A stretch of 64,000 nucleotides of DNA from Takakia lepidozioides. Taxonomy: Eukaryota; Plantae; Bryophyta. Location of the stretch: assembly GCA_030704615.1 (NCBI GenBank), contig CM060732.1, forward strand, positions 79,360,001 to 79,424,000, written 5' to 3'. This document shows, one piece after another, positions 48,247 through 59,000 of this stretch (the first letter of the stretch is position 1; every line of letters begins with the position of its first letter). The notes below the pieces were generated by a model that was not told where the DNA came from, ran no database searches, and worked only from the letters and a program-made list of their open reading frames with translations. The translations under genes were made by a program, and so were the position numbers.

Positions 48247-49449
48247 TTACATGGAAGGCATGCTGCGTAGCACCAATCCTTCCATTGTCAACCCTGGACC
48301 AATGCCGATCAGCAATCCCCATTCCTTGCCCTCTCCTGTTGTTGATGCGCCTGACTTCAGTGACCGATTGCGAACATTATCGAGCACGAACAACACACAT
48401 GCGCTGCCCATGTTGCCGTAGTTTGCAAGAGTGTCTCGGCTCGCCCCTAACTTCTCTGGCGACAAACCCAATTGGTTCTCTATTTGGTTGAGGATCGCAA
48501 CACCTCCCGGGTGTACCGCCCAGAACATGTCATTACACTCTGTGGAATCTGCCCATGCTCTTGCTTCGGTCACAAACTCGTCGATGCTCGTTGACACCAG
48601 CTTGGGGATATCTGGCGTCAGGTGGTAGTACATGCCAGCCTCCATGAAGTGTCCGTCAATCGCTCCTTCACTGTTTGGCACATTCATCTCCCCAGCCCAT
48701 TGGATTTCGAACAACGGTCGCTCCACTTCGGGGATTAGATCACATCCCACGATCACTGCTCCTGCACCGTCTCCAAACAATCCTTGTCCTACTAATCCGT
48801 CTAGATATTCCTCGCTGGGTGCTCGGAAGAAGCTAGCAGTCACTTCGCTGCTGATTACCAGAACGCGGGCACCCTTGTTGTTCTCGGCAAGGTCCTTGGC
48901 AACTCTCAGTGCAGCAGCCCCTCCCCAGCAACCTGTCTGGTACATCATCACCCGTCTCACCTTTGGGGAAAGTCCCAAGGATTTTGCCACAATGAGATCA
49001 ACCCCGGGCATATTCACCACACTAGTGGTAGTCACGACGATATGGGTAATCTCTGACTTGGAGCGGCCCCACTCTTTGATCACCTTCTCGGCTGCCTCCT
49101 TGGCCAGCTTTGGCACCCACTCAATCAGTATGTTGTGACGCACATTGAGGGAGTCATCGAGGTAGGTGCCCAAAACGGGGTACTCTTCGATCAATTCCTT
49201 TGTCATAACCATGTGACGTTTGTTGATTTGCATCTTATCACAGATGCGCTTGAACTTGGCTTTGAGCGCGGTCTTGTGGTTGCAGTTGGTTGCATCGAAG
49301 TAGTAGTCAGCGTAGGTGCTCTGCTCATGCACTGTCGGAGGATTTGCTGTACCAATGGCCATCACAGTGGCCGGCCCCTCTGCTCGCGGCTGCGCCCTTC
49401 GCCCATTACCATAAGCCTCCCCTGCATCGATGTGCCCATTTGATGCCAT
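48247..49449 (-). CDS. Type III polyketide synthase, copy 5, intronless, 400 aa
   Basis: Intact ORF with the MASNG ATG at 49449. The longer ORF call runs through the promoter and is not the true start. Confidence 0.97.
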   Translation of the reverse strand: MASNGHIDAGEAYGNGRRAQPRAEGPATVMAIGTANPPTVHEQSTYADYYFDATNCNHKTALKAKFKRICDKMQINKRHMVMTKELIEEYPVLGTYLDDSLNVRHNILIEWVPKLAKEAAEKVIKEWGRSKSEITHIVVTTTSVVNMPGVDLIVAKSLGLSPKVRRVMMYQTGCWGGAAALRVAKDLAENNKGARVLVISSEVTASFFRAPSEEYLDGLVGQGLFGDGAGAVIVGCDLIPEVERPLFEIQWAGEMNVPNSEGAIDGHFMEAGMYYHLTPDIPKLVSTSIDEFVTEARAWADSTECNDMFWAVHPGGVAILNQIENQLGLSPEKLGASRDTLANYGNMGSACVLFVLDNVRNRSLKSGASTTGEGKEWGLLIGIGPGLTMEGLVLRSMPSM

Positions 49450-50063
49450 ATTCCAAACTGGGTGTCTCGGAGTCGAAAAGAGACAGAGAGTGAAAGCACA
49501 GCTCAATCTTTTGTGGGTCTTAGAGAGGGATACAGTCTGATGATCAGGCAAGCAAGTGTAAACTGTAAACGGTGCTCGAGCAGTGAAGGAGAGGAAGATC
49601 GATTTGAATGGAGGGGAAGGAGAGGAAGGGGTTATATAGTTGTGAAGCGTGCCTCCCTGGCCGCAAGTGTTGACTGGGTAGGTCTTTGCCCAATTGACCA
49701 ACCCACCGTGGCGGCTCACACCACAATCAACTTGACCGCTTCAGATTCAAAGTCATACTGTGTTGGCCTCTCTCGCATATAATATACCTGTTTTCTAGTC
49801 ATGCCGAGTCAAAGAGCAAAACATTTCCAACAAGTTAGCACAAACCAGCCAAGCACAATTGCCATGACATTGCTGCTTCTACAGAAGAAGCAAATTTTCT
49901 TAAGACAACGCTTTGATTAATCCAATCCTTGAGCTTGGAGTAGGCTGCCAAATCTCTAGTAGAATCATCAAACTGTGATACTGTATACATCACAGCATAG
50001 GCCCCACCACCCCCTCAAAAGAGACTAGCCGCCCTAAGGCGAAGTGGCTCCCTATGGGCTGGC

Positions 50064-50192
50064 TTTGGCCAATGTCTTCTCTCTCTACATCAATCACTTA
50101 TTAGTTACGCCAGCTTTTGGCCAGAGTCTTCTCTCTCTACATCAATCACTTATTAGTTAGCCACCTTTGGCCAGAGTCTACTCTCCACATCA
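50064..50192. repeat. Short tandem repeat (~50 bp, about 2.5 copies)
   Basis: TTTGGCCA..GTCTTCTCTCT..ACATCAATCACTTATTAGTTA is repeated. Confidence 0.75.
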
Positions 50193-51111
50193 CAACAACA
50201 TGAGTGGCAGATGTTTATAAACATAAGTTTGGAAAGTGCTCCCCACTGTAGGTACCACCTAAAGTTGTCACACAGAGCATTCTGCAACTTGCAAAGAATT
50301 TACACAATGTAATTTAGCCACTCTTCCTTTGCCATTTTTTTCTCACCCCCTCCACTCCCTCTTGGAGCTGTGTTTTATGTAGGTATGTGTAATTCTTCAT
50401 TTCATACAAAAGAAGATGCAATAAAGAATCCCTCCCGGCAGACTAGATGCCTGTTAGAAGTGTCCACGAAGGCAGTTGCCTGACAAACTAAGGAGGGAAG
50501 AAAACTAAAACTAAAACTAAGCTGCCTCAGCATTGTTCCTCTTGTTGTAGAGTAAGAAAAGGACCTGTTTATATAGAACTACCAAGATTGTGTGACCAAC
50601 TGGACCATATCAAGTCCTTGTTGAAGTGTGTAATTGTAACTGCAGTGCTCAACACCAAACACATTCAAGTTCGTGCCATAAATTTACTGGGTGTCTGTAG
50701 AGGTCTATTGACAACATTACACTGAAGCAAGAAGTCAACCATGCAATCTGAAAAGCCATGCAAATGAAAAAACTGGCCGTTGAGAAGAACTTCAAGATTG
50801 GACAGTGATCCAAATGGCAGCGAGAAGCTTGCCACACAGAGCCTTCTGAAGTAAAGGTGAGGCACACTAAACCATGGCATCCACAGAAGAAAAATCTGAA
50901 AACGGAATGCTGAGGTACAATTCATTTCATGGACTTAATGTCTGCCTCTTGCAGAGAGAACCAGTGGCAAGATTTATTGCGAGCATTACCACAATAAATT
51001 GGTTGATTGGAAGACTCAATTGAGCCTGAGGAAAAATCATAACTTCAACCAAAATTAGCGGCCTAAATTGCCAAATGCCTTTTCTACTGCGTGCGAGTTC
51101 CACACACCCAA

Positions 51112-53340
51112 TCAAGTAGTGCTCGTGCCATTATCAGCACCTTGCAAAAAGGAGCTTGACCGGTTGTATCTCATATGACTTTTCACAAGCTGACCCGATG
51201 CCAATGCTGCCATGAGTGAGAGCTCCCCCGCAAGCACTGAGCCTGCAACAATGCGTGCCAGTTTCTGGGCATTTGCCCCTGGATTGTCACGGTCAGCCCC
51301 CTGGACGCCAAGAATGTTGAGTGCTGCAGCCTAAAAGCAATACCGTTGTTCCAAGTCAGTGTCCAAACAGCACTCAGATCGTACTATAGATGGTGCTTTC
51401 CAAGAGGACATCAACATTCACACACCAGAGAGTTCATTATCGTCATGGTTCCTGACATTACCTGGGAGGGCAAGAATGTACCACCACCGACTGTGCCCAC
51501 CTCAATGCATGGCATGGTAACCGAAGCATACAGGTCTTTCCCACCATTTACCGCCTCTAGCATTGTCATGCACTGGCTGCTCTCCACATTCTGAGCAACA
51601 TCCTGGCCCGTTGCGAGATATAATGCGGTGACGATGTTGGAGGCGTGGGCATTGAACCCACCAATAGATCCAGCCAAGGCTGACCCTGCGAGGTTCTTGA
51701 TTGTGTTCAATTCAACCAATGCTTCCACTGTGGTTTTCAGCACCTTCCGGACCTTCACATAGTAACCGAGATAGTGTAAGACACTCTACTTGGCAGCAGA
51801 CAGTCCTAATAATGTACGTTAAAAATACACAGCACGGACAACAGCCAAAATAACAGGAAGAGGATATATGTATTTCATGCCCCTATCAGAACCTCTCCTG
51901 CGGCCAGAAGAAGACAGAACAGCCAAAGACAAAATACAGCAAGGGGTATCTTCCTGTTCCCTTTGATGTATTATCTAACTGAAGTAGACTTTCCGCAGTA
52001 CCGCAACCCCACATAAGAGATCTAATGTGCATCTGCAATTCTTTGAGATGTTCTGAGGTAATTGCTAAATCAGTGTCCAACACCCTTCAAGCAGAGAAAG
52101 AAGGCAACAGAAAAACTCACCACAGAGCTAGAGATTGTGGCCTCACAGACAACAGATTTACCCCTGCCCTCAATCCAGTTGATTGCGGTGGCCTTCTTGT
52201 CAGCGCACAGATTGCCTGATATGCTTATGACCTCCATGTCGTCAAACTTACTTCGCAGGTAGGTCAGCACATGTTGTACACCTTTTGAAACCATGTTCAT
52301 GCCCATGGCATCCCCAGTGCTGCAGCTCATGCGAATGTAAGCATGTCGCCCTGCAACCAGACACTGCACCTTTTGCAGCCTTGCAAACCTGCCAAAGTAA
52401 CAATAAGTAGAAATTACGAGCATCCCGGAATAAGAAGAAAGCCAGGGACTACCAGGGCTTTCAGGGGAATGGCTTACGAGCATACTAAAACACCTTGAGC
52501 ACTGTCTTGATCCTACTTGGTGAAAGGGTTGTGTGGATACTTTAAAGACTTACACAAAATTGACAGTTCCTAGGTATCACAGTGTATTAACACTCCCAAG
52601 ATCATTTAACTAAAGGTGGCTTTGAGAACTTGAAGGTTTGAATAAGTTGCATGCTCTAAGACAAGGGAACATGCCACACGGAAAAACACTTCAGAAAATT
52701 GAAAAGGACACCTCTCAACAAAAACTAACCTGCTTGATTGATTGAACACTGTAACAATATCTTCAAAATGCTTCTGCCCCTCAACAAACATCTTGAGGTC
52801 TGCAGCGCGCTTTGCACTGGGGAATCGCACAACAGGGGCTCGAGACATGCAGTCCCTCAAGATGACCGTGGCGGCCCCACCTGACTGATGGATAGCCTTG
52901 CAACCCCTGTTGGTGCTTGCCACCAGGCATCCCTCAGTCGTTGCCATGGGAACAACATACTCAGTTCCATCGAGGAGTAGGGGCCCAGCTATCCCTACTG
53001 GAATTTGAACATGGCCTACAACCATCTCACAGCAAGCTCCCAGCACCATTGCATAATCGAACCCCTCGACTGGCATACCCTGGAAAGACCTACCTGTCTG
53101 CATTTCGACTGCGCGTCGGCGGACAACGACAGCACGGTGGCAGTCTCCAAGTTCAGATTCAAGAGAGTGGGAAGCCAGACGACCATCACATATTGCTGCT
53201 GCAATCTCTTCATTGCTCAGCCCTGAGAATGAGTCTTCCCCCAAATGTACCATTGTTCCGTTTGAGTTCAGCTCCTCAAGGGGGAGGCAAGCAATCTTAA
53301 GTGGCCCCTCTCGCTCCGCGGGGAAATTTAAGGTATTCAT
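51112..53340 (-). CDS. HMGR: 3-hydroxy-3-methylglutaryl-CoA reductase (class I); exons 53340(or 53369)-52730, 52388-52121, 51752-51462, 51330-51112
   Basis: [58 protein letters not shown] and [12 protein letters not shown] junctions keep the frame. The start codon is uncertain. Confidence 0.93.
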
Positions 53341-56020
53341 GTCCCAATAATTTTCGATTCCTACATCACCTGCATTGTAGGAAACCCTTTGGATAGTTTG
53401 CCCCTGAACCTCAGGCTTTACAGAGAAGAGACTTCTACACCTACATGGATGTCAAGACTAATTAGAGATAGAAGAGCCTGTCCAACAGCTCTGAACATCT
53501 GCAGTAGTGCAGGAGAAGCACCAGCGCTCACTAGCTGTCACACGCATGTGGCAGCTTTGGAAAGTGGAGTTCTGGCCTTGGACATCCATGTGCTCTCCTG
53601 TTCCTTTCTATCCGGATGGCATCTATTTCACTAGGTTGTATCTGCATTTCTTCATGAGCTGTCCATCGTCAAATGTGTGTTTGTGATTGTGCAATAGCAG
53701 GACATAGTGTGGCACCTTCAGAACTGGCGATGTGAGCACCGCCTTACTGTGGCCACATAGAGAGCATTGATCATAACAAAGTTAGGGGCGAATCGAGTTT
53801 CAAATTCTTCGGGGCACTGCTTGTACGGGGTTCCTGTCTATCCACATTCCCTGCGTAGTTGTTTTGCAGCATAACAGCTTAAGGCTGAGAAGCTACAGAT
53901 AGCTGACGTGCATGCAAAGATTTAAATGATCGCCGAAACCTGAACAAAGTGTAGTGCACCAGGAGTCACTCACCCATTCAGCCGATTGCCTTTCATAAAA
54001 CATATGTTCTCGAAATTCGAAGCCCGCCGGAAGTCTTCCGACATCACAACATAATGTCCGAGTCACAATGCCACGGATGATAGAGCCGAAGACCCGAGGG
54101 GCTATAGCTGTCCTACTTCGACTTGGAGGGGTCAGCACCTGCACAGACATTGCGCGCGGAAAGCTTGAGCACTCTGTTGAGATCTCAGCCGAACACTGCA
54201 GACGTGAAATAGGACTTGTGCAATCTATAGACTGAGCCTGGCATGATAACAAGAAGTAAAATGTGGACTTGTCCTCAGACACGATAAATACAGATCAATC
54301 AGAAACTCCAAATCGACCACGCAAAATTATGCAGTCAAACTTGCACTATACACGATTCAATGGCAGAGAAAAGACACAGACCTCCAGAAGGCAAGCTCCA
54401 TCTACTCGCAGACAAAACGGTAATAAAAAATCAGGTGAAAATCCTGGCACTGCCAATGATCACGCAAGTAGTGATCACAACTCCTCCGCATCCACCACCC
54501 AACAATCCCTGCTGTTTGTGCGATGCATAAGAGTAAGTACGAGGGAGCCTGTTGTTCCAGCAGAGTGCCGACCTCGTACGTGGCTGGGTGTAAGATCCCC
54601 ACGTGCTCTTCCTCTTCCTCTTCTTCAACGGGCCAAACGAGGTCTCACGATTTGAGCTCTTCAATTTACCTCGTTCACAGTTTTCAAGGATTCGCATGCA
54701 TTGTTTTTTCTTCCTTGCTCGTTCGCGAAGACCCAACAATTTACAAGTAGGATGATGACGATGACGATGGGGTTGGTTTTGTCCGAGGGCCCGCAAGCTT
54801 GATGGACTTCTTTAAAGTACTACAGTTCTACGGGTTTAATGTCCTCTCTGACTTCTGACGAAGCCTGAGCCTGCCATTCTGTCCTGTCAGCTGTGCCTCT
54901 GAAAAGCTCCGTTGTAAAGTGGAAGCTCTTTCAGGTCCTAGCGCATGGACCTCACAAATGGCAATGTCATACTTGCTCATGCTGCTGGAGGACCCACTCC
55001 CTGTACACCAGTTAAGGAACGAGCCTCGCGAGACCTAAAAAGCTGTCCTTCTCCTGGTCGGATCTCACACAGGCCAATGTCATATAAGTTAAGTTAGAGA
55101 GCCATAAATCACAGTGTAACACATCGCCACGACCTCGCATGCTACACCCCAGTCTGTCCCCATTCTTGTGTGGAATGAATTGATGGCTGCAAGCAGAGCT
55201 GTGAGAATCTTGCACATGTTTCTTGTTTCTTGCTTTCAATAGACTTTTCTATTTGGGAACTTCAGTGGTACAATTGTAGTGAGATCTGATAGTTGTCGGT
55301 GGAATGAGCTCAGTATCGCAGTAAATGCTGAGCATCTGGTTCTGGGTGTTATTAGACAGGTCTTATTGTGTTCGTTTCTGGTACTCAAGACTGATAAGCT
55401 TTGTGAGCTTTCTGATGCCTCATGGCAAGATTGCTACGGAAGGAGTTGTTTCTCCTCTGGCCTGATTTGTGAGCTGGTGCTTCCCTTTCAAGAACAAAAT
55501 TGCAGGGGTGTGATTACAGCAATCACAAACATGGAAGCAATGAACCTAGGCCTGCACCACATTGGTGCTGGATCCAGAAGAATAATGCCATTGGGTTTTT
55601 TTGTTGTCAAATAAATTGCGGTGTTAAGTATAAGGTGGTCTAGTAAGGTTTGCAGGTGAGGATCAAAACAGGAATGAAGGATTCAACTTGGTGAACTCGC
55701 TTGCAAGAAGTGGGAGATTGTCCTAGTACGGGAGTATATACCTTCAGCAGTGACCAAGTTTTTGTAGAGAAATAATGTAAAAGACCAATCTTTTTTCCCG
55801 ACTCGAAAAAGGGTTAGTATTTGGCTGGGAATATACCCGCAAGGGTACTCCACAGCCAATAATAGCAGGGAACAATCAATGAATATGTCTCTCCATGGAG
55901 CTCTGACATCTTACTGATCTACAAAGCAGAGTGCGACTACATCATGCTCAGCACTCTACCTATGCCTCCGTAACCACAGCAACAAAACTTCACTAAAACA
56001 ATGTATAGGGAGCATTATGA

Positions 56021-59000
56021 TCACAATGAAATGGACGCCTCTTTAACAGTGTCAACGGGAACAATTTGTTTCTCTTCAGCTGGTTGAATGGCGAAGGCAA
56101 GGGTGAAAATTTCGCTGTAGTGCTCCACAAAGTGAACCTCAAGGCCCTCCTTCACATGTGCGGGGAGCTCGTCATAGTCACGCTTGTTCGCAGAAGGGAA
56201 GATAATTATTTTAACACCACTCCTCCTGGCTGCCACTGTCTTCTCCTTCACCTGCAAGAACCAGGCCAACGACCATTCATACCAGAAGAGCGTCAGCCAG
56301 CAGGATATACCCATTGACCATTTAAGGTGGACATGAACCCTTGTGGGCATAGACTCTGCAATCCCTCCCAGACTACCGTACTGCTCATATGACCACCATC
56401 CAGTTGGAGTGGACTGAGATGGAATTGACATCATGCAAGAGAGAATTGTCTCTGGCCTCGCCTTAACCATCACGAGTGCACGAGAAGATGGCAAACAGAA
56501 TAGAAAAGAGAGGAAGACTTTGGTCTACATCAGATCCACTGATAATGTGCAGGAGGTTTCAAGTTGAGCAAGTATACCCCTCCAATAGGTAGCACTCGGC
56601 CTGTGAGAGTGACCTCGCCTGTCATAGCGACATCTCTGCGCACGGGCTGATTCAATGCAAGAGACAGCATCGAAGTTATCATGGTGCTGCCTGCACTCGG
56701 CCCATCTTTTGGGGTGGCCCCGGCTGGAACATGCAAGTGCAGCTTTGAATTAGCAAAGAAAGTGTTTCCGGGGTCTTTCTCCCGTAAGATCCCTCTGGAG
56801 AGAGTGTGGGCTATGGTAGCACTTTCCTTCATCACATCCCCCAATTGACCAGTTAGCTGGAGCATCCCCTTGCCTTCACCTTGCTCAATCAGGCTGGTCT
56901 CTACATACAAGGTGGAGCCCCCCATGGCAGTCCAGGCTAACCCCATCACAACACCGACAGGGGTTTCGTCATAAAGGCGATCACTCTGGAACACTGGGTT
57001 ACCTACGTAGTCAGCCAGGTTTGAATCATCTACTATCATCTTCTCCTGAGGCAATATGGGAATCTCCTCTTTTGCTTCTTCAGGTGCATCCACTATCATC
57101 TTCTCCTGGGGCAATATGGGATTCCCCTCTTCTTTTGCTTCTTGAGATGCATCTACTATCATCGTCTCCTGGGGCAATATGGGAGTCTCCTCCTCTTTTG
57201 TTTGAGGGGCAGTGGGCGTTTCTTCTGGGACCTGCCACACAGCACAAAGCGAGCCCCTTAGCAGACCTACAAACTCTCCACTTATATAAGTTACTCGAAA
57301 CCCTACACAGAATTTATCCATTTGAAAGGCTCTTAACAAATCATTAATAATTGGAGGTGACATCTACAACTGCCTGGTCAGGATACCCATTCCTCAACAT
57401 GAATTGTGGTAGCCTCCTAAGCATGGTGTCTGTCTGTCTCAAGTAGTCAATGACCGATCCCTTTGAGAAAAGAGGTTTGTATTCACCTTGGGGCTCAACT
57501 CCACCCCACACATCTACCCGTGATTTTGATTATTGAACTGTGTCAATTGAACATGTCAGCCATTAGCGGATTTTCTTTTCTTGTTGCCGAAGTAGTATTA
57601 CAGCGGTGCTAAAGATGACTGCCCATTCACATTATTTAGGAGAAATTGTTGGCACTCAACAGTTTCTAAATGCTTTTATCACTGGTACACCCATACAATA
57701 GGATCACACTGGGCATCATCACATGAGAATCCTGGTGATGGGTAAGAGATTCAGTTTGCCAAGGAAGCAGATATAGGGCTCTACTCTAGATGCCACAAAT
57801 TATTCGTCAATAATCCATATCATACTACTGGAAGTGGAGCTGCCACAGTCGATGACGAATTACAGTAAGCTTTAACCCGAATCAGTTTCCTTTTAATGGA
57901 TCCTCAATGTCTGTGGCAAAGTGGATGTCACTTCAAGGTAAGATTCACAGCCTGATGTGTAAAAACCATTCACTGGATTAGGACAATTACCACCCCAGAA
58001 GAACCATGCCTCAAGGGTGCTTCATAGCCAATGTCGACCCAGAATCAGCAGCCACTGCAACTCTCAAGTTAAGATCAATTGAGCATGTTAGGGCACCTTT
58101 CCATGTGACCCCCTCACCCCCTGGAGTTGACGTCGCATGGCCCAGTGCAGGTCAAAATAGCCTTGTCATGTCACCCTGGCACTCCCCCAACCCATTCTGG
58201 GGTAAGGGGGTTTGTAGCCACTGCCAAAAGCGGACTTCTGGGCTCCACGGGTCAGAGGCAGCTCTATACCTGCTATACCGAGTCATTACGTTCTCTACAA
58301 CCTGCTACAGCCAGTGATAGAGGCAAGGACGCATCTCAAAACCTAAAACTAGGGGCAGGAAGAAAGGTGACTGCCGGTAGCCACTGCTCTCAACCGGATG
58401 CACATAGCAAGGCTCAGTAGCCTTGACCACCGATGACCCAATCTTTGGCCTGCGTCATCAACCGGGTGAGGGGGTCACATGGAAAGAGGCCCATAGCTGA
58501 CACATCATGTCTCCAGCGAGCCCCTGTGGGTATACACACTCTAGACCACATTTTCTATGGGATCGACATCTTGTCCACATTTCTTCTCTTTCTCTAATGT
58601 ACGATAAGTGTGCAATTATCAACAAATGCCCTACTGAAATATGGTGAAATAAGGACTACCTCAACGATGATCTCCTCCGAGGATGTTACCATGGGGATTG
58701 GTTCCTGCGAGCTCTCTTCCTTTTTAGTATTTTGTGCGCCCTCAAGAGGTTGGATGGCTTCCTCAGTTTTTGGAAGCGTCAGGGTCTCTGTATTTGCTGG
58801 CACTTCTTCAACAATCACAGCCCTTTCTGGACCCATACCAAGAATATCTAGCTGTTTTCGGACCAGCTTCAAGGCAACCTGCAGACCACCAGCCAGAAAT
58901 CAATAACAATCCTAATTCACTACCATGGAACTTATCACCTGGACCACTCCATCACAGATATATCAACTCTTAGGGATGGACTATCCGTTCAACCTCTTCT

